Part shown: piece after piece, positions 1 to 7,494 of the stretch | Position numbering within the stretch: position 1 is the stretch's first letter | How the letters are laid out: each line of letters opens with the position of its first letter | Program-made: the position numbers and the translations under genes | The notes under the pieces: model-generated | The model's input: only the letters and a program-made list of their open reading frames with translations | What the model was told of the DNA's origin: nothing | Databases searched by the model: none | Origin: an uncultured Aquificales bacterium | Lineage (GTDB): Bacteria; Thermosulfidibacterota; Thermosulfidibacteria; Thermosulfidibacterales; Thermosulfidibacteraceae | Reading direction: 5' to 3' | DNA length: 18,560 bases | Assembly (NCBI GenBank): GCA_964411615.1 | Contig: CAYPLO010000035.1 | Span: 1-18,560, forward strand

Positions 1-33
1 TGTTGTAATCCTCAAGGCCCAGACCTACGCGGC

Positions 34-40
34 AGGAGGA
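34..40 (+). promoter_or_regulatory. Shine-Dalgarno site for rplI
   Basis: AGGAGGA 7 nt upstream of ATG at 48. Confidence 0.75.
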
Positions 41-47
41 GTGTGTT

Positions 48-497
48 ATGAAGGTGATACTCAAGGAGGATGTGGAAGGACTTGGCAACGCAGGGGACAT
101 AGTGAATGTGAAGGACGGATACGCCAGGAACTACCTGATACCCCGTGGACTGGCCGTAAGGGCAACGGCGAGGAACGTCAAGGCCATTGAGAAGCAAAGG
201 CAGATGATTCTCCAGCGTATCGACAAGGAAAGAAGACGCTACGAAGCCTTCGCCAGGAGGCTCTCAGAGCTGAAGGTGGTAATAAAGAAGCAGGCGGGTG
301 AAGAGGGCAAGCTCTTCGGCTCTGTCACCTCAAGGGACATAGCCGAGGCCCTTGAGGCCATGGGGTATGAGATAGACAGGAAGAAGATAGAACTCGAGGA
401 GCCCATCAAGTCGGTGGGTAACTACACCGTGAAGGTGAAGCTCCCCTACCAGGTGGAGGCCCAGCTGGCTATTGAGGTTGTCCCCCAGGAGGGGTAA
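48..497 (+). CDS. rplI: 50S ribosomal protein L9
   Basis: 149 aa; MKVIL..DV.GLG..GDIVNVKDGYARNYLIP N-terminal signature and GKLFGSVT motif; typical rplI-dnaB order. Confidence 0.98.
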   Translation: MKVILKEDVEGLGNAGDIVNVKDGYARNYLIPRGLAVRATARNVKAIEKQRQMILQRIDKERRRYEAFARRLSELKVVIKKQAGEEGKLFGSVTSRDIAEALEAMGYEIDRKKIELEEPIKSVGNYTVKVKLPYQVEAQLAIEVVPQEG

Positions 498-507
498 ATA
501 GTCCCCT

Positions 508-1890
508 ATGAGGGACACGTACCAGGAGCTGGGGATTCTCCCCCCCCAGCACATAGAGGCGGAAAAGAGTGTGCTGGGGGCCATATTCCTTGACAACCAG
601 GCACTTCTGCGCATCATAGACACCATCACCCCCTCAGACTTCTACCTGAAGGGGCACGCCTTAGTATTTGAGGCCTTCCTGAGGCTCTTTGAGAGGGGTG
701 ACCCCATAGACATCGTCACCGTCCAGGAAGAGCTGGAGAGGATGAAGGCCTTAGACCAGGTGGGTGGCGTTGAGTACCTCATGGAGCTTGCAGAATTCGT
801 CCCAACAAGCGCCCACATCAAGAAGTACGCCCAGATAGTCAAAGAGAAGGCCATACTGAGGGAGCTCATAAACACCTGCCACAACATCATAAGGATGTGC
901 CACGAGTCGGACAGGGACGCCGAGGAGCTGCTGGACGAGGCGGAGAGGCAGATATTCGCCATATCCGAAAAGCGCACCTCCACCGACTTCTCCCCCGCCA
1001 GGGAGTTCGTGAAGATGGCCGTCACCCAGGTTGAAAACCTCTACCACAAGAAGGAGCTGATAACGGGGATACCCACAGGTTACGTGGACTTTGACAGGCT
1101 CACGGCGGGGCTACAGCCTGCCGACCTCATCATAGTTGCGGCAAGGCCCGGCATGGGCAAGACCGCCTTCGTGCTGAATATAGCCATAAACGTGGCCCTG
1201 GACGAGGGAAAGAGCGTGGCCATATTCAGCCTTGAGATGTCCAAGGAGCAGCTTGCCCTGAGGATGCTCTCCACAGTATCAAGGGTGGACTACCAGAAGA
1301 TAAGGACGGGCAACATGCACCAGGACGAGTGGAGAAAGATTATCGACGCCGCCAACCTGCTCTCCGACACCAAGATATTCATAGACGACACCCCCGCCAT
1401 AACCGCCCTTGAGATGAGGGCAAAGGCCAGAAGGCTGCAGTCGGAGCACGGACTGGACCTGGTCATAGTGGACTACCTGCAGCTCATGAGGGGCAGGATA
1501 AAGAGGGAGAACAGGCAGCAGGAGATATCGGAGATATCCAGGTCCCTGAAGGAGCTGGCCAAGGAGCTGAACGTCCCCATAGTGGCCGTATCTCAGCTGT
1601 CAAGGGCTGTGGAGAACAGAACCGATAAGAGGCCCCAGCTATCGGACCTGAGGGAGTCGGGAGCCATTGAGCAGGATGCGGACTTAGTGGTCTTCATCTA
1701 CAGGGACGAGGTCTACAGGCCCAAGACCGAGGAGAAGAACGTGGCCGAGATAATCATAGGGAAACAGAGGAACGGACCTGTGGGAACTGTAAAGCTAACA
1801 TTCCTGAAGGAGTGCACCAGGTTTGAGAACTACTACGGCGATAATTCTGATAGGGATACTGACGAGCCTTCTGACCACTTCGCCTTCTGA
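508..1890 (+). CDS. dnaB: Replicative DNA helicase DnaB
   Basis: 460 aa; PPQHIEAEKSVLG N-terminus, Walker A ARPGMGKT, FSLEM, IVDYLQLM, SQLSR, DLRESGAIEQDAD, KQRNGP; no intein-sized insertion. Confidence 0.98.
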   Translation: MRDTYQELGILPPQHIEAEKSVLGAIFLDNQALLRIIDTITPSDFYLKGHALVFEAFLRLFERGDPIDIVTVQEELERMKALDQVGGVEYLMELAEFVPTSAHIKKYAQIVKEKAILRELINTCHNIIRMCHESDRDAEELLDEAERQIFAISEKRTSTDFSPAREFVKMAVTQVENLYHKKELITGIPTGYVDFDRLTAGLQPADLIIVAARPGMGKTAFVLNIAINVALDEGKSVAIFSLEMSKEQLALRMLSTVSRVDYQKIRTGNMHQDEWRKIIDAANLLSDTKIFIDDTPAITALEMRAKARRLQSEHGLDLVIVDYLQLMRGRIKRENRQQEISEISRSLKELAKELNVPIVAVSQLSRAVENRTDKRPQLSDLRESGAIEQDADLVVFIYRDEVYRPKTEEKNVAEIIIGKQRNGPVGTVKLTFLKECTRFENYYGDNSDRDTDEPSDHFAF

Positions 1891-2410
1891 TGCCTCCCTG
1901 CTGGATAGACTCAGGGAGAGGTACAGAACCGTTGAGACGGTGGTGGGGCAATTCTCCCAGGAGGTGCTCTTCCCCGACGGCAGAAGAAGGACCTTCCACG
2001 GCAGGTTCTGGATAAAGGGGGACAGGACCCGATGGGACTACTCCGGAGAGGACGGGCAGACCGTTATCACCATAGGCAGGGATGTTTACATATACGACCC
2101 CTTCGCAGGCCAGGTTCAGGAGGGTAAGCTTGAGTTCCCCGTGGTCTACAGCTCCATCTTCAAGAATCCCAGGGAGCTCGCCAAGTTCTTCAACATAAAG
2201 GAGGAGGGGCTGAAACTGGTGCTGACGCCGAAAAGGGAGGGGCAGGTTAAGAGGGTTGTGGTTCTGCTGGACGAGAAACTGAACGTGAAGGGGATAAGGG
2301 TTGTTGATGCTGCAGGAAGCACCACAAGCCTATCCTTCAGCCAGATAAAGTACAACCAAGAGGTGGACCCGAAAATCTTCTCCCTTAAGGAGCTGGAGAG
2401 GAGAAGGTGA
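1823..2410 (+). CDS. lolA: Outer-membrane lipoprotein carrier protein, LolA family
   Basis: TTG start with AAGGAG at 1807-1812; signal-peptide-like N-terminus (MRTTTAIILIGILTSLL...SDA); LolA-like pattern GQFSQ...G.F...RWDY...Q.VI..G..VYIYDP..GQV and C-terminal N..VDPKIF; 195 aa. Confidence 0.85.
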   Translation: MRTTTAIILIGILTSLLTTSPSDASLLDRLRERYRTVETVVGQFSQEVLFPDGRRRTFHGRFWIKGDRTRWDYSGEDGQTVITIGRDVYIYDPFAGQVQEGKLEFPVVYSSIFKNPRELAKFFNIKEEGLKLVLTPKREGQVKRVVVLLDEKLNVKGIRVVDAAGSTTSLSFSQIKYNQEVDPKIFSLKELERRR

Positions 2411-2745
2411 TAGCCCAAATCCTCTATGAGAAGGCCACCCTTACCGAGAGGGCCGTGGCGTTTCTCCTTGACGTGCTCTTTCTGAACCTGCTCAACGGCC
2501 TGCTGGCTGCTGCAGGCGTATCCGTAAGCCCCCTGCTGCTGTTTGTGGCCTACTTCACCTGCTTTGAGGGCATCGCAGGCAGGGGGCTGGGAAAGTGGGC
2601 CACAGGTATTGAGGTGGTGAACAGAAAGGGTGAACCGCCTGGGCTAACCAGGGCCCTCATGAGAACACTACTTCTTCCTCTATCCATCCTGGGGCTTTCT
2701 CCACACCACGACAGGCTCACCGGCACCCTCGTGGTGAGAAGTTGA
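2407..2745 (+). CDS. RDD family membrane protein (small, 112 aa)
   Basis: R..A.LLD near N-terminus, hydrophobic segments, G..GKWATGIEVV...G, C-terminal HDRLTGTLVV; GTGA overlap with lolA stop. Confidence 0.8.
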   Translation: MIAQILYEKATLTERAVAFLLDVLFLNLLNGLLAAAGVSVSPLLLFVAYFTCFEGIAGRGLGKWATGIEVVNRKGEPPGLTRALMRTLLLPLSILGLSPHHDRLTGTLVVRS

Positions 2746-3806
2746 AGAGGCTTGATGCTTACATACTCCAGGAGGTGGCCACCCCCACCATCTTCGCCCT
2801 GGTCTTCGTATCCTGCGTGGTGCTCATGACCAAGATGCTCTCCCTCGTGGGACTTGTAGCGTCGGGGGGGATGTTCTGGGGAACGCTCCTTGTGGTATCA
2901 GCCCTGACGGCCATGCTCAATGTAACCCTCCCCGCCTCCTTCCTCATAGGGTGTGCCTCCGCCTTCAACAGGCTCTCCTCCGACGCAGAGGTGGTGGCCA
3001 TGAGGAGCCTCGGTATCTCGGTGAGGCGTATGGTGTCGCCTGCCCTGGTCATGGGAGGAGTCTTGAGTATTTTCCTCATCTTCAACAACCTCTTCCTCTC
3101 CCCCTGGGCCTACAGGAGCACAAAAGCCATAGCCCTGCACATACTGCTGAACAGGAAGAACTACGGTGTGGTACCGGGGACCTTCACAGAGGTGTCAAAG
3201 GGGCTCACCATCTACGTGAAGAGGATAGATGGGAGATGGATGAGGGGTGTAATCATCTTCGATATGAGGGAAAAGGATAAGACCAGGGTGGTGGAGGCGA
3301 AAAGGGGAATGCTGAAAAAGACCCCCTTCGGTGGGCTTGTGATGGTGTTAAAGAACGGAAAGATACTAACCTTCTCAGGGGACAGGGTGGAGAAGGTCTC
3401 CTTTGAGAAGCTCTCTCAGGAGCTGCTGGGAGGCAAGGGTGGTTTAAGCAAAAGGCCCCCCAAGAGGGAGCTTCCCCTCGGTGAGCTTCTGAGGAGGATG
3501 GAGTGGGAGAAGAGAAACAGGCCCAAGGACTACAGGGAGACCTTAGTCCACCTGCACAAGAGATTCTCCATGGCCCTTGCCCCCTTAGTCTTCTGCCTTG
3601 TGGCGGTGCCCCTGTCCATCTCCTTCCACCGGAAGGAGAGATGGGGGGCCTTAGCCGTATCCTTAGGGGTATTCTTCCTCTACTTCTCCATACTCTCCAT
3701 CTCCCAGAACTTGGTCCACAGGGGACTATCCCCCTTTCTTGCCGCATGGGCACCCGATTTGACACTGGGAGCGCTGGGAACGTGGCTTCTGCTGCAAAAA
3801 GACTGA
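2742..3806 (+). CDS. lptF: LPS export ABC transporter permease LptF (YjgP/YjgQ family)
   Basis: 354 aa; MKRLDAYIL start, RLSSDAEVVAMRSLGIS motif, three TM + beta-rich periplasmic + three TM layout, AAWAPD at the end; first of a tandem pair. Confidence 0.87.
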   Translation: MKRLDAYILQEVATPTIFALVFVSCVVLMTKMLSLVGLVASGGMFWGTLLVVSALTAMLNVTLPASFLIGCASAFNRLSSDAEVVAMRSLGISVRRMVSPALVMGGVLSIFLIFNNLFLSPWAYRSTKAIALHILLNRKNYGVVPGTFTEVSKGLTIYVKRIDGRWMRGVIIFDMREKDKTRVVEAKRGMLKKTPFGGLVMVLKNGKILTFSGDRVEKVSFEKLSQELLGGKGGLSKRPPKRELPLGELLRRMEWEKRNRPKDYRETLVHLHKRFSMALAPLVFCLVAVPLSISFHRKERWGALAVSLGVFFLYFSILSISQNLVHRGLSPFLAAWAPDLTLGALGTWLLLQKD

Positions 3807-4861
3807 GAATATACGAAAGGTACATACACAGAGAACACGCAAGGCTGCTTCTGGGAGTTTTATGGGCCTTCTGCCTGCTCTTCACCATAGCAACCTTCCT
3901 GGATACAGTGGACGACGCCATTGAGAACCACGTTCCCGCCCTCTACGCCTTAGAGGTGGCCCTTCTAAAGCTGCCATCGGCCATAAAGGAGCTGGCAGGG
4001 GTGTCTGTAGCCGCATCGGTGCTAACGCTCACCCTCATGCTCTCAAAGAACTTAGAGCCGGTGATACTCAGGTCCTTAGGAGTGGACCTGAGGGTGCTGG
4101 TGAAGCCTTTAGCCATCCAGGGAGGGATTCTGGCTCTTGTGGCCTTCTTTAACGCCTCTTTCCTGGCCCCATCACTGCTTCTCAGGGCCCAGGAGGTCTA
4201 CCACAGAACCATAAAGGGGGAAAGATACGTAAAGAAGGTCACCCCCGTTAAGATGTGGGTGAAGCACAAGGGGTTCATCTGCTACATAGGGTTCTTCAAC
4301 ACAAAGAGGAGAAGGGCCAGGGATGTGAGATGCTACAGCGATAAGGGTGTGTTTGTGAAGGCAGAAGAGGCCCGGTGGAAGGGAAGATGGATGGGGCACA
4401 ACGTGAAGAGATGGGAGATTGAGGGGGAAAGGACCCGCATCAGTAGCTACAGGGTTACGGAGCTTGATATGCTACCCTCCCCCGGGGAGCTTTCAGGGAT
4501 GGGCAAAGGACCACAGGAGATGGACACTATTGAGCTTGTAAAGGTCATACTTGCCCTGAACAGGGAGGGGATAAACAGCAGAACCTACCAGGTGGAGCTG
4601 GCCTCCCGCATCTTCCTGCCCCTTCTCTGTGTGGTCCTTGCCGTGCTGGCCTTCCCCTTAGGGATAGTGGAGCCCAGGAGGGCCCAGGTCACCCTCTCCT
4701 TGGCAAAGGGGATAGCCCTGGTGGTGGGCTCCTACACCCTCTACTACGGCTTTGCATTCATGGGAACGAGGGGTGTCTTGAACCCTCTGTTGGCATCCTT
4801 TATACCCCTTGCCCTGATGGGGGCAGCTGCAGTCCACACCCTCAGGAGAGGGATATGCTGA
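3782..4861 (+). CDS. lptG: LPS export ABC transporter permease LptG (YjgP/YjgQ family)
   Basis: RIYERYI start motif, SKNLEPVILRSLGV motif, same topology as lptF, G.LNP.LASFIP end. The ORF-track start 3503 overlaps lptF by about 300 nt; the real start is probably GTG 3782 or CTG 3803. Confidence 0.83.
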   Translation: MASAAKRLRIYERYIHREHARLLLGVLWAFCLLFTIATFLDTVDDAIENHVPALYALEVALLKLPSAIKELAGVSVAASVLTLTLMLSKNLEPVILRSLGVDLRVLVKPLAIQGGILALVAFFNASFLAPSLLLRAQEVYHRTIKGERYVKKVTPVKMWVKHKGFICYIGFFNTKRRRARDVRCYSDKGVFVKAEEARWKGRWMGHNVKRWEIEGERTRISSYRVTELDMLPSPGELSGMGKGPQEMDTIELVKVILALNREGINSRTYQVELASRIFLPLLCVVLAVLAFPLGIVEPRRAQVTLSLAKGIALVVGSYTLYYGFAFMGTRGVLNPLLASFIPLALMGAAAVHTLRRGIC

Positions 4862-5730
4862 GATACGAGGAGCCCGTCTTCAGGCCACCAAGCGAGGCCC
4901 GCTCTCTAATCCTCCAGGCCACACTGGGGTGCTCCTACAATAAGTGCACCTTCTGTGGCATGTACAAGATGAAAAGGTTCAGGGTTAAACCCCTTGAGGA
5001 GCTCTTTGAGGAGATAGACTGGGCCTCTGAGGAGTACCCCTGGGTAAGGAGGGTCTTCTTGGCCGATGGGGACCCCTTAGTGCTTCCCACAGACCACATG
5101 CTGAAGATTCTGGAAAGGCTTTACCTGAGGTTTCCCAGGCTTGAGAGGGTGAGCACCTACGCCACACCCCAGAACCTGCTGGAGAAGAGCCCCGAGGAGC
5201 TCAAAAGGATAAGGGAGGCGGGGCTTGTCATCCTCTACGTGGGGGTGGAGAGCGGAAGCGACAGGGTGCTCTCCGCTGTGAAGAAGGGGGTGAATCAGGA
5301 ACAGATGGTGGAGGCACTATTAAAGGCCAAGGAGGCGGGGTTCACAGTATCCACCACCTTCGTCCTCGGGCTTGGGGGGAGAGAGCTGTGGGAGGAGCAC
5401 GCCCTTGAGTCGGCCAAGGTGGTGAACTTAGCCTCTCCCCACTACACTGCCGCCCTCACCCTCATGCTCATACCGGGCACCCTCCTCCACCATCAGGCGA
5501 AGAGGGGGGAGTTTACCGTGCCCACCAAGAGGCAGATTATGAAGGAGATGCTGCTGATGGTTGAGAATATAGAGGCTGAGACCATCTTCAGGGCCAACCA
5601 TGTGTCAAACATGGTGCCCATAAAGGGTAATCTGCCTGGGGACAGGGAGCGGCTCCAGAACGAACTTACGGGATACATCCTCATGACCCCTGAGGAGCCC
5701 CTCCCCCTCACCTGGACGGGACCCTTCTGA
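4855..5730 (+). CDS. Uncharacterised radical SAM protein
   Basis: 291 aa; [25 protein letters not shown] (CX4CX2C), [22 protein letters not shown]; stand-alone core with no obvious accessory domain. Confidence 0.9.
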   Translation: MLRYEEPVFRPPSEARSLILQATLGCSYNKCTFCGMYKMKRFRVKPLEELFEEIDWASEEYPWVRRVFLADGDPLVLPTDHMLKILERLYLRFPRLERVSTYATPQNLLEKSPEELKRIREAGLVILYVGVESGSDRVLSAVKKGVNQEQMVEALLKAKEAGFTVSTTFVLGLGGRELWEEHALESAKVVNLASPHYTAALTLMLIPGTLLHHQAKRGEFTVPTKRQIMKEMLLMVENIEAETIFRANHVSNMVPIKGNLPGDRERLQNELTGYILMTPEEPLPLTWTGPF

Positions 5731-5741
5731 GGAGGCGAGCC

Positions 5742-6395
5742 ATGGAGATAACCTGGGACCAGAACGGGCTGGTTCCTGCAGTGGTGCAGGACGCAGAAAC
5801 GGGTAAGGTGCTCATGCTGGCCTACATGAACAGAAAGGCCCTTGAACTGACACTCAAGACGGGAAAGGCCCACTTCTACTCCAGAAAGCGTCAGAGAATC
5901 TGGATGAAGGGGGAGGAGTCGGGAAACGTTCTCGAGGTTGAGGAGGTGAGGATTGACTGTGACGGCGACGCACTGCTTTTGAAGGTAAAGCCAAAGGGGC
6001 CGGCATGCCACACGGGACACGAGAGCTGCTTCTACAGGGACCTTGAGGGAGAGGAGCTTGAGGAGAAGGTTCAGGATGAGCCCTACAGGTGCAACTGCTC
6101 CATACTTGAGAGGGTCTATGAGGTGATACTTGAGCGCAAGGCACATCCCGAAAGGGAAGATTCCTACGTAGCCTCCCTCTTTCGCAAGGGGCTGGATAAG
6201 ATTCTGAAGAAGGTGGGGGAGGAGGCAACGGAGGTGGTTATAGCCTGCAAGAACGGCAACAGGGACGAAATCGTATACGAGGTGGCGGACCTCTTCTTCC
6301 ACACCCTTGTGGCCCTGGGATACTTTGACATAGCCCCGTCCCAAGTATATGAAGAGCTTTGCAGAAGGTTCGGAAAGTCAGGGCTGAGGCGATGA
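5742..6395 (+). CDS. hisIE: Bifunctional phosphoribosyl-AMP cyclohydrolase / phosphoribosyl-ATP pyrophosphohydrolase
   Basis: HisI motifs [37 protein letters not shown]; HisE motifs [32 protein letters not shown] at 5730-5735. Confidence 0.96.
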   Translation: MEITWDQNGLVPAVVQDAETGKVLMLAYMNRKALELTLKTGKAHFYSRKRQRIWMKGEESGNVLEVEEVRIDCDGDALLLKVKPKGPACHTGHESCFYRDLEGEELEEKVQDEPYRCNCSILERVYEVILERKAHPEREDSYVASLFRKGLDKILKKVGEEATEVVIACKNGNRDEIVYEVADLFFHTLVALGYFDIAPSQVYEELCRRFGKSGLRR

Positions 6396-6601
6396 AGTTT
6401 GAAGAGGCGATGGAGAGGATAGAGGAGATTGTGCAGAAGCTTGAGAGCGGCGAGCTGGAGCTGGAGGAGAGCATCTCCCTCTTTGAGGAGGGGATGAAGC
6501 TCATAAGGGAATGCGAGAGGATGCTGGAGGAGGCGGAGAGGAAGGTGGAGATTCTGGTCCAGAACGGGGATGAGCTTAAGGGGGAGCCCTTTGAGCCATG
6601 A
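6392..6601 (+). CDS. xseB: Exodeoxyribonuclease VII small subunit
   Basis: From ATG 6392 (ATGA overlap with the hisIE stop): [37 protein letters not shown]...C...LEEAERKV, 69 aa; conserved xseB-ispA-dxs order. Confidence 0.95.
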   Translation: MKFEEAMERIEEIVQKLESGELELEESISLFEEGMKLIRECERMLEEAERKVEILVQNGDELKGEPFEP

Positions 6602-7494
6602 CCCTTGAGGAGTACGTAAGGGAGAAGAAGGAGCTGGTTGACAGGTGGCTTGACAGGTTCGTCCCCTCCGAGAACACCCCTCCCGAAACCATACACAAAG
6701 CCATAAGGTACGCCCTCTTTCCGGGGGGCAAGAGGCTCAGGCCCGTTCTGTGCATGGCCGCCGCCGAGGTGGTGGGGGCCTCACCGGAAGAGGTGTTGCC
6801 AGCCGCCTGTGCCATTGAGATGATACACACCTACTCCCTCATACACGACGACCTTCCCTGCATGGACGACGACGACTTCAGGAGGGGAAGGCCCACGGTG
6901 CATAAAGTATTTGGAGAGGCCATGGCGGTGCTGGCAGGGGACGGGCTTCTCTCCATGGCCTTTGAGGTCCTCACCAACCCCGGACTGTATCCAAACCCGA
7001 GCCTTCCCAGAATCATAACCGTGGCAAACGAGGTGGCCAGGGCCTCAGGCACCTCAGGGATGGTGGGGGGACAGGTGCTGGACATAGAGGGGGAGAAGAT
7101 GGAGAGCCCAACCCTGGAGTATGTGGAGCAGATTCACATGAACAAGACAGCCAGGATGATAGAGGTCTCCCTTAAAGCGGGGGCCATACTGGCAGGGGCG
7201 GGGCACAGGGAGGTTGAGAGGCTGGGCCAGTACGGGGTGAAGATTGGGCTGGCCTTCCAGATAACCGACGACATACTTGGTGAGATAGGGGACGAGAAGA
7301 AGCTGGGCAAACCTGTGAAGAGGGACAGGGAGCTGAACAAGGCCACCTACCCTGCGGTGGTAGGAATAGAGAGGGCAAGGCAGAGGGCGGCGGAGCTGGT
7401 GGAAGAGGCGAAGAAGAGCCTGGACATATTTGAGGAGAAGAGATGCTGGATGCTGAGGGAGCTGGCAGACTATATACTCAGGCGGGAGAGGTGA
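6598..7494 (+). CDS. ispA: Short-chain polyprenyl diphosphate synthase (farnesyl-PP synthase / geranyltranstransferase)
   Basis: GGKRLRP, HTYSLIHDDLPCMDDDDFRRG (FARM with Tyr at -5, typical of FPP synthases), GMVGGQ, KT, FQITDDIL, KATYP. Confidence 0.93.
   Translation: MTLEEYVREKKELVDRWLDRFVPSENTPPETIHKAIRYALFPGGKRLRPVLCMAAAEVVGASPEEVLPAACAIEMIHTYSLIHDDLPCMDDDDFRRGRPTVHKVFGEAMAVLAGDGLLSMAFEVLTNPGLYPNPSLPRIITVANEVARASGTSGMVGGQVLDIEGEKMESPTLEYVEQIHMNKTARMIEVSLKAGAILAGAGHREVERLGQYGVKIGLAFQITDDILGEIGDEKKLGKPVKRDRELNKATYPAVVGIERARQRAAELVEEAKKSLDIFEEKRCWMLRELADYILRRER

Noticed and set aside
1..51. 3' end of an upstream gene (rpsR or DUF2232 expected before rplI)
   Set aside because: Ambiguous. 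Frame 1 ends at an ATGA overlap (CCNPQGPDLRGRRSVL*), frame 3 stops at 6-8, and frame 2 runs into rplI. None shows a recognisable motif.
508..1890. Intein in DnaB (a common insertion host)
   Set aside because: Normal length with contiguous helicase motifs.
3503..3781. N-terminal extension of lptG in the ORF track
   Set aside because: Overlaps the lptF C-terminal TM region by about 280 nt and has no family-like features; LptG similarity starts near 3803.
6359..7490. Upstream starts for xseB (6359) and dxs (7443) given in the ORF track
   Set aside because: ATG 6392 and GTG 7491 give 4-nt coupled overlaps and match where family similarity begins.
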